Shown piece by piece: positions 39,896-50,098 of a stretch of 64,000 nucleotides of DNA (positions are counted from its first letter, which is position 1; every line of letters begins with the position of its first letter). Origin of the DNA: Bdellovibrionota bacterium (lineage in GTDB: Bacteria > Bdellovibrionota_C > UBA2361 > JBGSMV01); the NCBI GenBank assembly GCA_041739995.1, contig JBGSMV010000040.1:1-64000 (forward strand), written 5' to 3'. Below the pieces are notes generated by a model. That model searched no databases and was not told the origin of the DNA. It saw only the letters and a list, made by a program, of their open reading frames with translations. Both the position numbers and the translations under genes were made by a program.

Positions 39896-40713
39896 GAGTT
39901 CTTCGCCTGAGGTTCGCGGCGCTTTGCCTCGTCAGTGCGACTAATATTTTGAACCCCAAGTTCGGCAATAATTCGCAACCCCTGCAAGGCGAGACTAGGT
40001 TCCACTTCAGTGATGCGTCGTGCGTGCGGAGTAAATCGAGCAGCCGAATCTCCAGTCGCCACCACATGCGCTACTGGGCCGATTTCTGCCTCAATGCGAG
40101 CCACGATGCCGTCGATCATGGCCCCATACCCAAACATGAGTCCTGATTGCATGGCTCCAACCGTTGATTTTCCAATCGCCGACTGAGGCCCGACGCAATC
40201 AATTAAGGGAAGCTTCGCGGTATTATCCGCCAGCGCAGCGAGCGCTACGATAGGCCCCGGCGCAATTACGCCGCCCTCATAGGCACCTTCAGCATTCACC
40301 ACATCAAACGAAAGAGCGGTGCCAAAGTCGACTACAATACACGGCGCTCCAAACATCTCACGCGCCGCCAACGCCACCACCACGCGGTCTGCGCCAAGTG
40401 CCTGGGGCTCATGAACTTTTAGAGAGAGTCCGGTTCTCACCCCTGGGCCCACCAGCAACGGCGCCACTTTCCAAAGTCGCACTGCCGCTTCAACAAAAGC
40501 GTCCGTAATCTGAGGAACCACGCTGCATATCGCCACCTTAGAAACGCGGGGCATTTCGCCAAAATGGCGCTCAGCAATCGCAACGAGAGTTGCTTCTAGT
40601 TCATCAGTAGTACGAGGAGTTCCACTGGTAAGTCGATGCTCGGAGCAGAGCTCTGGTCCCTTAAACCATCCTATCGCGGTGGTAGTGTTCCCTATGTCAA
40701 TCGCTACTAGCAT
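39892..40713 (-). CDS. coaX: Type III pantothenate kinase
   Basis: AIDIGNT, LGADR, VVDFGTA, GGVIAPG, ATG. Confidence 0.96.
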   Translation of the reverse strand: MLVAIDIGNTTTAIGWFKGPELCSEHRLTSGTPRTTDELEATLVAIAERHFGEMPRVSKVAICSVVPQITDAFVEAAVRLWKVAPLLVGPGVRTGLSLKVHEPQALGADRVVVALAAREMFGAPCIVVDFGTALSFDVVNAEGAYEGGVIAPGPIVALAALADNTAKLPLIDCVGPQSAIGKSTVGAMQSGLMFGYGAMIDGIVARIEAEIGPVAHVVATGDSAARFTPHARRITEVEPSLALQGLRIIAELGVQNISRTDEAKRREPQAKNS

Positions 40714-41473
40714 TGTGCACCTGAACATTGTCTACCTGAACATTGTCTACCTGATGCCCTGAGGCTATCTGCTCAACTCCGCTTTCTGTTTGCAGCGAGA
40801 GTTCGCCTGAATGGCTCACACCCACAATTATTCCAGTAACTAGTCTCTGCCCCAAATCCAGCGTGACCGTATCACCCACACCATACGCCGAACTAAGCCA
40901 GGTGTCTCGAAATGCCGGAAACCCTTCTTGAACAAATCTCCCCCAAGCGCTCCACAAATGCTTACAGACAATCGGTAACAGTTCTTGGACTGTGACCTCT
41001 CTTCCTAAGACCTCGCGCAAAGAAGTGCTGTGAGAGACTTGGCTTGGCGCAGAGCTGAGATTCATACCAATCCCAATCAGCACATAGGTTGATTCCTCAC
41101 GCGTCAGCAGCTCAATCAAAACTCCAGCTATTTTCTTCCCTTCCGCAGTCAATATGTCGTTCGGCCACTTGAGCAGCACATCGCCACCCAGCTCGGCGCA
41201 CACATCTCGCAACACCGTGCCGACGACTAATGAAAAGCCAGACAAACGTGCCGCCGCCAGCGGACTAGACATCACGAAAGTCGCCGCCAAAGACCCTTGC
41301 TCTGAAAACCAGGTGCGTCCCTGGCGACCACGCCCTGCAGTCTGGCGTTCCGTGCTCACCACCAACGGTGAAGCCTCTTGAACCCGCTCCAACATAGTGC
41401 GAGCAACATCCATGGTTGAGGGCACTTCCTTTCGGGTTTCGATCTGCCAGGGGTTTACTGTGAAGGGACTCAC
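40697..41473 (-). CDS. birA: Biotin-protein ligase (no HTH domain)
   Basis: QTAGRGRQGRTW, KWPND, KIAGVLIE, IGIGMN. Confidence 0.95.
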   Translation of the reverse strand: MSPFTVNPWQIETRKEVPSTMDVARTMLERVQEASPLVVSTERQTAGRGRQGRTWFSEQGSLAATFVMSSPLAAARLSGFSLVVGTVLRDVCAELGGDVLLKWPNDILTAEGKKIAGVLIELLTREESTYVLIGIGMNLSSAPSQVSHSTSLREVLGREVTVQELLPIVCKHLWSAWGRFVQEGFPAFRDTWLSSAYGVGDTVTLDLGQRLVTGIIVGVSHSGELSLQTESGVEQIASGHQVDNVQVDNVQVHNASSD

Positions 41474-42405
41474 GACTGCTTCTCCGCCTTCACTCCGCTC
41501 GAACCCGCCGCAGGTTCAACGTGCGAAATTCTCATTGAAATATCCTTTGCAGGTGCTTTAGTGGTCAATGCTCCAATCGAAACACAATCCACACCGCAAT
41601 CAGCAAGGCTCTTTAAGCGCTCAGAAGTGATTCCACCACTGGCTTCAATCTTTGGCTTTGCGGTGCCATCCGCGGCTCTTCGTTCACGAACCAACGCCAC
41701 CGCCTCTCGAATAAGCGCATCGGACATGTTGTCTAGCATCACGACGTCAGGTGAAAACTCAAGTGCTATTCCTAGCTCCTCTAAAGTTCTTACCTCAATC
41801 TCAAGCGGAAGTGGGTCTCCCGTTCGAGCACGCACCTTCTCAAGTGCACGGCGCATTTTTATTTCAACCGAAGCCCCTTCCTGACAATCAATATGATTGT
41901 TCTTAACGAGCAGCATGTCGCCAAGATGCACTCGGTGATTTGACGCTCCTCCGACCGAGACCGCATATTTGTCCAGCATCCGCCAACCAGGGATGGTTTT
42001 CCGAGTATCGAGTACGGTTAGGCCTTCGGAAACTGCCACCATTTCTCGCGCCTGCGAAGCCACACCACTCATGCGCTGTAAAAAGTTTAACGTCGTGCGC
42101 TCAAGAGCAAGTAACGCTTTAGTCTCTCCTTGAAGCGTCGCAAGCGGAGTGTTCGTATCGACCAGAGCTCCGTCTTTTTGAAGACAGACAGGCTCATCTA
42201 CCTGCATCGAAAACAACTCGCGCGCACAGCCCACGATAACGGGCACTAAAGGTATTCCACATACCACCAGCGGCTCCCGCGAAATGATGGTCGCAGTCGA
42301 GATGCTTCCTTCAGGGATACACGCCTCACTAGTCGCATCTCCTTGCGGCAAGTCTTCACTTAGGGCGAGCTCAATCAGAAGACGAACTAGAACGCTATCA
42401 AGCAT
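41470..42405 (-). CDS. nadC: Nicotinate-nucleotide pyrophosphorylase
   Basis: ERTTLNFL, DTRKTIPG, HR..L.D..LVK.NH, MLDNM, EASGGI. Confidence 0.96.
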   Translation of the reverse strand: MLDSVLVRLLIELALSEDLPQGDATSEACIPEGSISTATIISREPLVVCGIPLVPVIVGCARELFSMQVDEPVCLQKDGALVDTNTPLATLQGETKALLALERTTLNFLQRMSGVASQAREMVAVSEGLTVLDTRKTIPGWRMLDKYAVSVGGASNHRVHLGDMLLVKNNHIDCQEGASVEIKMRRALEKVRARTGDPLPLEIEVRTLEELGIALEFSPDVVMLDNMSDALIREAVALVRERRAADGTAKPKIEASGGITSERLKSLADCGVDCVSIGALTTKAPAKDISMRISHVEPAAGSSGVKAEKQS

Positions 42406-42503
42406 AGGGCGATTATACTCACTGGTTCACCCAAAATGAAAACACGGCGTGCTTAAACGCCGGAGCTATGGGTGACGGTGAAAAATGCGCCCCCACTGGA
42501 CCA

Positions 42504-42917
42504 CTAGCTGGACTCTCTCTGAATAAAAAACGCCTCCATGCCAGGCAGTTGCGTCTTCCCAACAATCCCATAAAGGCAGGTAAAACGAGCGTAGTTATCC
42601 AGGTCCCAGCTGATGCGACAGCTCGATTCGAAGGCAGCTTGATTGTCCCTAAAGGTTATCGTTAGGACCTGAATCTTATCTGGAGTTTTAAGTTCGAATC
42701 GACCAGAACCAATCACAGTGACCCCGCCCACTTTTCGCTCGACCCGAAGCCCAGACGGAACTGGAATTAGTTTGATCGTTCCGGTGTATGTTTCGTTCGA
42801 ATCGGGTTTGCGTCCGATTAAATCGTAAACACCACCAAGCGGTCCGTATTCACCTAACGGCTCTTCCGCCACCACGCTTGTCGATAAGAGCAATAGAATC
42901 AAAACTAGTCGCAACAT
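42504..42917 (-). CDS. Hypothetical secreted beta-rich protein
   Basis: Sec signal peptide (MLRLVLILLLLSTSVVA), GAGGAG RBS, G.Y...G..PD....Y.G motif. Confidence 0.75.
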   Translation of the reverse strand: MLRLVLILLLLSTSVVAEEPLGEYGPLGGVYDLIGRKPDSNETYTGTIKLIPVPSGLRVERKVGGVTVIGSGRFELKTPDKIQVLTITFRDNQAAFESSCRISWDLDNYARFTCLYGIVGKTQLPGMEAFFIQRESS

Positions 42918-43034
42918 ATTCTGGCCAGCTCCTCACCAAAATCAATTCGGCATTCCCTTCTGTGGCGCTCAAATCAAAGCTTTAGAGGTAGGTCGTGAAC
43001 CTTCGGTTGAGGATATCGGTTAGAGAAGATAAGT

Positions 43035-43202
43035 CTATAGCGCCGTTGGAGCACCCCGCCCGTCACTCAAACCGACGCGGTCGATCAGCGCGACAAGCTG
43101 TGCGGCGAGATCTCCGTGAGGGGCCTGGGATGCAGCTTCGCGGATGGCATACTTTTCCGAATGTATCATGAATGGGGTTTGTTCTTGGGTCGGTGTAGTC
43201 AT
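43035..43202 (-). CDS. Small 55-aa ORF, possibly a frameshifted remnant (not in the ORF track)
   Basis: Strong RBS GGAGGG 4 nt before the ATG; MTTPTQEQTPFMIHSEKYAIREAASQAPHGDLAAQLVALIDRVGLSDGRGAPTAL. Confidence 0.4.
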   Translation of the reverse strand: MTTPTQEQTPFMIHSEKYAIREAASQAPHGDLAAQLVALIDRVGLSDGRGAPTAL

Positions 43203-43381
43203 TTATCCCTCCCTTCTTGAACCAAACTGTGTAACGGCAAACGCTCACCAGTTTGCGCCCACATCTTACTTCCAACTCGCCACCTAATCCGCCCGGGCGC
43301 AAAGCTGGTGGAGCGGTTTGTTATCCCGAAATTCAGGAGAGCTGGTAACTCGATCGCATCAGTTTTGACTACCCCTAAAAC

Positions 43382-43975
43382 TCATGAGCAGACCTCCATA
43401 CCTTGAGATTCTCTGCTGTCTCCTGAAACTGCATCCAAAAAATATACTTGACTGAATCCGCAATAAGGATCATCAGGGTGCCTCCAGGAGACATCTACTC
43501 GCCAAGTCCACCCTGTAGTTTTTTGAGACGCCCCTGTGGGATGTACCATCTGAAAGTGGGCATTTGCAAAATCAACATCGGGGTATTTATTCCTGAGATT
43601 TTCGAGTGCCTCTGTCTTTCCAAGTTTCGGTTCGACTATTAAAGCGCCCTGCTTTCGCGCTAAGTAACTATAGGCTTCTAGCAACTTACCCTGGGAGATT
43701 CTCACCCTTACAAAGGGCTCGGGTACTCCTAGAGTCGTAAGGGGTTTATACTGGTAATGGACAAAATAGTCCCTAGTAGAGCTGTTCGATCTCCTCTTCG
43801 TTTCACCCTCGTCGTAGGTATAGTTCCGGCTAAAATAGTCCTTTCCAACTTGGCTCTCGATAAATTTATCTGCCATGATCCTGAGGTCATTCGGAACGAA
43901 ATCAGCCTGTGCAATTTCGATTAAGGGGCTAAGGAGCAAGTACAAGAAAAGCCAGCTACTCCATACACTTTTCAT
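43382..43975 (-). CDS. Hypothetical secreted protein, AT-rich
   Basis: Signal peptide ending AQA, AAGGAAGG RBS, C-terminal Y.LDAVSG reminiscent of a PepSY-like end. Confidence 0.75.
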   Translation of the reverse strand: MKSVWSSWLFLYLLLSPLIEIAQADFVPNDLRIMADKFIESQVGKDYFSRNYTYDEGETKRRSNSSTRDYFVHYQYKPLTTLGVPEPFVRVRISQGKLLEAYSYLARKQGALIVEPKLGKTEALENLRNKYPDVDFANAHFQMVHPTGASQKTTGWTWRVDVSWRHPDDPYCGFSQVYFLDAVSGDSRESQGMEVCS

Positions 43976-44262
43976 AGACTGTGCCTTCCTTTACTGGTCC
44001 ATAATCTCCGCAGAGCCTGAGGGATAACATATTAATAAGCAGGATAGCCGGTCGACTGTACCTAGTCCCATCCTTGGTGATCAAGGAAGATGACTCCACT
44101 ACCACTCCGTATAAATTTAGTTATTTCAAGCCACTACGACTTCATCCTTGGTTAAGATATTAACCAAGGTTTGCCTGATTTTCGCACTTGTTGGCAGTCC
44201 TTGATCAGCAGCCTGCCTGCCTTGAACAAGAGCCAGAAAACCCTTCCAACCGAACTCGCCCC

Positions 44263-47200
44263 CTACTGAAACGAAAGCACCGGCCGTCCAAACAACTGCT
44301 CGACTTCTTCACAAAGCGCTTCCGACGGCACGACACATATCGGCGCGTCGCGTTGATCTTTAAGTGAAATCTTTACCTGAGCATCATCAATAGAAAGCTG
44401 AACTTTCACCGGACAATTCCCGCTGTGCTGCTTAAACAATGCTTGCAACTTTGCCATCTCTCGGCCCAAGTCTTCCTCAGTGAGACGCAACACCCCTGTC
44501 GTCGCATTGCGGTCGCGCAAAGCTATCAGAGACTCCATCTTATCGACTATCAACGTGCGTCGCTCTTCACTCACGTCAGCCTTGCCCACAATCAACACTG
44601 GATCATCGGCGACCATAAGAGTAGCTACCTGACGATAAACGTCGGGCCAGACAATTGCTTCAATCGTGCCCAACCAGTCCTCAAGGGTAAATGTTGCGTA
44701 GCGGTCGCCCTTCTTGGTGTTCTTAAGTTTTAGCGCCGTGACCACACCAGCGATGCGCACTTCACTCGATCGCGCCCCCGCACTCGCTGGTTTGTTTTTA
44801 AGATCTTGCGTCGTTATGGCACCAAAACGCTTTAAATCTGGTAGGAACTTTTCAAGCGGATGCCCTGAAATATAAAACCCTAGAGCCTCTCGCTCAAACG
44901 CGAGCCGTTGATTGACGGGCCACTCGGGTAATTTAGTGGTGCGCCGTGTGATGGTCGGTTGCGCGGCTGCACCTGAAAACAATGACATCTGATTGGTGTC
45001 ACGATCTTTACTTAAGGACTGTGCGGCTTTATGCGAATCTTCGACACGAGAAAGCTGGTCGCGTCTCGACTCTCCACTGAAATCAAATGCGCCGCACTTA
45101 ATCAAACTCTCAATCACGCGCCGATTGACGCACTTCAAATCGACACGCAGCAAAAAATCTTCCAGATCAACAAAAGGCCCCGTCTTCGTGCGGGCCTCAA
45201 CGATGCTCTGCACCGCTTTCTCTCCGATGCCCTTCACTGCCTCAAGGCCGTAGCGAATACTGCCCTTATGTACCGTGAAGCCAGCAAGAGACACGTTTAC
45301 ATCGGGTGGTAATACTGAAATCTTTTGAGTGCGACATTCGTTAAGGTTCTTAAGCGTCTTGTCGCTGTCTTCCATCTCGTTGCTCATCAGCGCCGCCATG
45401 AACTCAACTGAGTAGTGAGTTTTGAGGTAGGCGGTCTGGAACGAGATCACAGCGTAGGCCGCTGAATGACTTCGATTGAAGCCGTAACGCGCAAAGGTTT
45501 CCATTTGATCGAAAATCTCAGTGGCAGCGTTTTGGGGCACCCCGCGCTCCACTGCACCAGAAACAAAATGTTGCCTCTGCTTGGCCATTTCTTCTGGGTT
45601 CTTCTTACCCATGGCTTTTCGCAACAAATCCGCTTCGCCAAGGCTGTACCCGGCAAGCTCTCTGGCCAACTGCATGATCTGTTCTTGATACAGCATGATG
45701 CCGTACGTATCAGACAGCACGTTCTTCATCAGAGGATGCAGGTAGGTAACTGGTTCGCGTCCATGTTTGCGCGCGATGTAATGATCCACCATGCCGGCAT
45801 CAAGTGGCCCCGGGCGATATAACGCGAGGATAGCGACTAGGTCATCGAAACAGTTCGGCTTCAATCGAACGGTCATGTCCGTGATGCCCGAAGACTCGAG
45901 CTGAAACACTCCAGTGGTGTTACCTGAGGAAAGCATCGAAAGCGTCTTGGCATCCTCTAAGGGGATCTGATCAAAATCCACCTCTATGCCACGGCTCTCT
46001 TTAATAATGCGCAGCGCGGTGTGAATCACCGTCAAGGTTTTTAGTCCAAGGAAGTCGAACTTCACTAACCCTGCTTTCTCGACAAAAGTCATCGAGAACT
46101 GCGTCACATCCTTGCCGTCCTTGTCGACCATCATCGGCAAAAGCTCAAGCAGTGGTCGGTCTCCAATCACCACTCCGGCGGCGTGTGTCGAAGAATGCCG
46201 AGTAAGTCCTTCAAGCCTTCGGGCCAGGTCAATCAGCTTCTTGCCTTCCCCGTTTGCATACTCGCGAAGGCGCGGCTCCATCTTGATAGCTTCGTCCAAC
46301 GGATACTCAAAACCCTGCCGCGGAGCCGGCACCAACTGAGCTACTCGGTCGGTTTCCGCATAGCTTAAGCCCAGCGCGCGCCCGACGTCTTTAATGGCGG
46401 CCTTTGCTTTGAGCGTTCCAAAGGTCGCAATCTGCGCAACTCGGTCACTCCCATAGCGAGCAACCACATACTCAATCACTCGGTCGCGGCCGTTAATGCA
46501 GAAATCCACGTCGATATCAGGCAAGGAAACACGTTCTGGGTTAAGGAATCTTTCAAAGAGTAATTTGTGGCGAATGGGATCTACATCCGTAATGCGCATC
46601 GAGTAGGCCACCAGAGAGCCTGCGGCACTGCCTCGGCCTGGACCGACTGGAACTCCATTCTCTTTGGCCCACACAATGAAGTCTGAAACGACCAAGAAAT
46701 ATCCAGAGAAGCCCATCTTCCATATCAAGGAAATCTCAAGCTCAAGACGTTCCTTGTAGCGTCGTTCTTCGGCGTCACTCCAAGATGCCGCACGTCCCTT
46801 GATGGTCGGAAAGCGCTTCTCAAGTCCAAGCCGCGCAGACTGGGCCATAAGCTCGTTTAGCTCATCAGCTGAAGGCTCTTGCTCAGCCTTGGGGTCAGGC
46901 TTAAATGACGGCATGAAGTGGCGCTTCGAATCCAGCGACAGATCACACATGTCGGCGATCAGAAGTGAATTCTTGCAGACCTCATCAGCAAAACTCTCGC
47001 CCTCAAAACCTTTGCGAATCTCAGCTTCGGTTTTTAAGTGCAGGTGCACCCCGACGTGCTGCAAGCGATCGGGGTCTGTAATCAACTTCCCTGTTGAAAC
47101 ACACATCAACACTTCTTGGGCGAAATGATCTTCTTCCGATGGATAGTGGCAATCGTTTGTAGCCACAATCGGGAGCCCCATGCTCTTGGCCATCTCACCA

Positions 47201-47775
47201 CAAAGCGCATTGAGTTTGCGCTGTTCTGGAATGGCGTGCGGTTGCACCTCAAGAAAGAACCGATCCTTAAAAGTCTTGGCATGCCACTCGATTCGAGAAC
47301 GACATTCCTCAACGTTTTCGGCAAGCGCGGCCTCCGCAAGCTCTCCGTTTAAACACCCCGAAAGAACAATCAACCCCTCGCTGCACTGCTCAAGCAACTC
47401 ATGGTCAACGCGCGGCTTGAAATAGAAGCCTTCCTTGTACGCCAAACTGGACAGTCGAATGAGGTTTTTGTATCCGACTTCGTTCTTTGCGATGACCGTG
47501 AGGTGATACGTTCCCGCACCGCCTTGGCTGCGCATGCGCCGATCGGAACGCGGACCTGATGTCACATAAAACTCGCAGCCAATCAGCGGCTTAATGCCAG
47601 TCTTCTTTGCGGTGTGATAAAACTCTAGGGCGCCGTGCAGATTGCCGTGATCCGTCATCGTGACCGCAGGGAATCCAAGCTTATGAGCAAGGCCAATAAT
47701 GTCAGAAATTTTATTGGCCCCGTCGAGCAGGCTGTACTGTGTGTGAAGATGAAGATGGACGAATCCTTGACTCAT
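44263..47775 (-). CDS. dnaE: DNA polymerase III alpha subunit
   Basis: PHP domain HLHLHTQYSLLDG, GPGRGSAAGS, PDIDVDF, KFDFLGL, OB fold. No intein evident at 1170 aa. Confidence 0.98.
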   Translation of the reverse strand: MSQGFVHLHLHTQYSLLDGANKISDIIGLAHKLGFPAVTMTDHGNLHGALEFYHTAKKTGIKPLIGCEFYVTSGPRSDRRMRSQGGAGTYHLTVIAKNEVGYKNLIRLSSLAYKEGFYFKPRVDHELLEQCSEGLIVLSGCLNGELAEAALAENVEECRSRIEWHAKTFKDRFFLEVQPHAIPEQRKLNALCGEMAKSMGLPIVATNDCHYPSEEDHFAQEVLMCVSTGKLITDPDRLQHVGVHLHLKTEAEIRKGFEGESFADEVCKNSLLIADMCDLSLDSKRHFMPSFKPDPKAEQEPSADELNELMAQSARLGLEKRFPTIKGRAASWSDAEERRYKERLELEISLIWKMGFSGYFLVVSDFIVWAKENGVPVGPGRGSAAGSLVAYSMRITDVDPIRHKLLFERFLNPERVSLPDIDVDFCINGRDRVIEYVVARYGSDRVAQIATFGTLKAKAAIKDVGRALGLSYAETDRVAQLVPAPRQGFEYPLDEAIKMEPRLREYANGEGKKLIDLARRLEGLTRHSSTHAAGVVIGDRPLLELLPMMVDKDGKDVTQFSMTFVEKAGLVKFDFLGLKTLTVIHTALRIIKESRGIEVDFDQIPLEDAKTLSMLSSGNTTGVFQLESSGITDMTVRLKPNCFDDLVAILALYRPGPLDAGMVDHYIARKHGREPVTYLHPLMKNVLSDTYGIMLYQEQIMQLARELAGYSLGEADLLRKAMGKKNPEEMAKQRQHFVSGAVERGVPQNAATEIFDQMETFARYGFNRSHSAAYAVISFQTAYLKTHYSVEFMAALMSNEMEDSDKTLKNLNECRTQKISVLPPDVNVSLAGFTVHKGSIRYGLEAVKGIGEKAVQSIVEARTKTGPFVDLEDFLLRVDLKCVNRRVIESLIKCGAFDFSGESRRDQLSRVEDSHKAAQSLSKDRDTNQMSLFSGAAAQPTITRRTTKLPEWPVNQRLAFEREALGFYISGHPLEKFLPDLKRFGAITTQDLKNKPASAGARSSEVRIAGVVTALKLKNTKKGDRYATFTLEDWLGTIEAIVWPDVYRQVATLMVADDPVLIVGKADVSEERRTLIVDKMESLIALRDRNATTGVLRLTEEDLGREMAKLQALFKQHSGNCPVKVQLSIDDAQVKISLKDQRDAPICVVPSEALCEEVEQLFGRPVLSFQ

Positions 47776-48245
47776 AGCGCGCGTACTACACAGCTCTGTC
47801 TTTTCCGCTCGACGACCCTTCGCCCTCGAACACTCCCAAGTCGCTGACTATAACCGACTTAAAGCGAGGCTGTCAGCACCGCTATCGGTTCACGGGGTAA
47901 ATTTATCTGGTGGTGTTAGATAGTTAATGGGCTGAATACTTGAGTGGTGGCAATTCCTTAGGTCATCCCCCGATCGGGGACGACTGCATTTTGTTAACGG
48001 ATAATATTGTCACCCCCGATTTGCTGGCGCAAATCGACCCCTGAGGGGTAGCCGTACAGATTTATGTCAACATTTCGGGAGTCTGCCCCTCTTATTCACA
48101 ATTTTCTCAATTTGGTCCAATATCTCCCCCTCCCCAAGAGGCCCAGCATGTCGCTTGCCTCACGGAGAACGTGCACATAGAAGTGCCCTACCCTTTTGCC
48201 TTAGTAGTTAGTTTCAGCGGAAGACCGCTCGCGAGTCCAGCATAG

Positions 48246-48554
48246 ATGAACCAAACCGCCCGCTTCCAGAGAACGATTGAGAACTTCACCTGCGCAGTAT
48301 GCGGAGCAGAGGTAGAGGGCGACGGCTTTACGAATCATTGCCCTGCTTGTCTGTGGAGCAAACACGTAGACGTCAACCCTGGTGACCGCGCTGAAAGATG
48401 CACTGGTCTTATGGAGCCGGTTCACGTCGAGATTCTATCGAGCGCACGTTTTCTCACGCATCGCTGCCTTAACTGTAAGATCGAACGCAGAATTCGCCTT
48501 CGCGACGACGATAGTATCGACGCCATCGTTGAACTTAGTCGCCAAGGAGGATAG
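48246..48554 (+). CDS. RNHCP domain protein
   Basis: F.C..CG...TNHCPACLWSKHVD..PGDRA..C.GLMEP. Confidence 0.92.
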   Translation: MNQTARFQRTIENFTCAVCGAEVEGDGFTNHCPACLWSKHVDVNPGDRAERCTGLMEPVHVEILSSARFLTHRCLNCKIERRIRLRDDDSIDAIVELSRQGG

Positions 48555-48562
48555 GCGCTTCC

Positions 48563-49126
48563 GTGGCCCTTACCAGCACCATCTACAACTTCGATTTAGA
48601 GATCTCCGATATGGACAGAGAGGTATACACCTCCTGCTCCCTCGCGCTCGCGCGCCATCCCTCTGAGACGAGCGCGTTCATGATCACGCGCCTGCTGGCC
48701 TACTCCCTTGAGTACAGAGAGAACCTCGAATTTACCCGAGGGCTTTCTGAGTCAGAAGAACCAGCCCTTTGGGCCAAGGACCTGACCGGCAGTCTTGAGG
48801 CTTGGATAGAGATTGGGAGCCCCGCTCCAGAACGACTGCACCGTGCGCGCAAAGCTTGTGAGCACGTAGCGATTTATACCACACGCGATCATCCTCAACA
48901 GCTTGAGAGCTATCGCAGCGCAAAGATCTACCGTGCCGAAACAATCGCTTTCTATCTGGTGAGTAGCGAACTAGTGAACGGCCTTGGAACCCATCTCACA
49001 AAACGCAACAAGATTTCTCTCTCTCGCAATGAAGGCATTGTCTATTGCGACCTTGGTACGATTCAGCTGGACGGAGCAGTGTCTCGAAAGTCGCTCATTG
49101 AAGATGCAACCGATCCAATTTCGTAA
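48563..49126 (+). CDS. yaeQ: YaeQ family protein
   Basis: MAL.STIY, LARHPSET...M..RLLAY, EPALW..DLTG, WIEIG.P. Confidence 0.93.
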   Translation: MALTSTIYNFDLEISDMDREVYTSCSLALARHPSETSAFMITRLLAYSLEYRENLEFTRGLSESEEPALWAKDLTGSLEAWIEIGSPAPERLHRARKACEHVAIYTTRDHPQQLESYRSAKIYRAETIAFYLVSSELVNGLGTHLTKRNKISLSRNEGIVYCDLGTIQLDGAVSRKSLIEDATDPIS

Positions 49127-50098
49127 ACTTCGCTGCAATCCAACCATATCAACCCCGAAGAGACTGAGAGAATACCCCCCATGGCTTCTGTCTTTGCCCA
49201 AGGTTCAAGCCCAAAGTGAAGAAAGCGGCGTAAAACCGCACCGCTACGCACAATTTCGTTTACTGCATTTTCAAGCGGTGATAATATGCACAAGTCTTCA
49301 AAAACTCTTTTGGTGACGCACCTCATTGAGGCTGAACTCTTCTGACTGCCCCTTAGGCACGAAGTTGACGTTCGGTTTTTATGAGTCAAGTGAGCGCAAA
49401 CAGGAATGACAGCTCCATGTACTTTATTTCAACTCGAAATACCGCAGAATGCCCAGTAAAATGGGGGTTTTTGCGCGCTGGTACTGTGGCTCCACTTTCT
49501 CGGGCCTCACTTAGAACGATTGGTACCGGAACGTGCAGAGCCCCAATCAGGGGAACGGTGAGTAACATCACCGCTGGGCATTTCGGATCTTCGACACTTG
49601 CTTCGGCCATGGGATACGCGATCAGCCAAGAGCTTATCGCAGACCCCCGGGTCTTAGATCAAAAGGTCGAAGTCCCACTGGTTAGTTAGTGCGTCGCTGG
49701 GCCGTGAAGGTATTCCAGCGATAGGCTGGAAAAACTTTCGCGATTCTGCCCTCAGAGAGCCTCAATTAACATTGATCGAAACTCTGAAAGTCCGAATCCT
49801 CCTTTAGTTTTCCTAGCTTCTAGCTTGAATATGCGCCCGCTCGTGTAGGCGTGGCGTGCAACGTATGGGAACGAATGTAGGGGAAAAGTTGAGCAAGCAA
49901 GAAACACTAAGAGCATAGCGCCACTGTCAGTTCGCTGATGGAGCCTAAGTACATGCACGTAAAGCAATCGAACGGGCACAAATGGCGCGAACGGGATTCG
50001 TGTATGCGAAAGGCCTGGTGAAGTCTTTCGAGAAGTGTACAGGAAAATTCGCGACCTCAAGGCTCGTGGGAAAGCGAAGGGATTTAGGAGAAACGTAT

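Noticed and set aside
42420..44260. Integron cassette array
   Set aside because: No attC-like RYYYAAC...GTTRRRY hairpins after the ORFs and no integrase.
47776..48245. Replication origin in the gap upstream of dnaE
   Set aside because: Only one DnaA box (TTATTCACA, ~48092) and some hairpins; not enough to call oriC.
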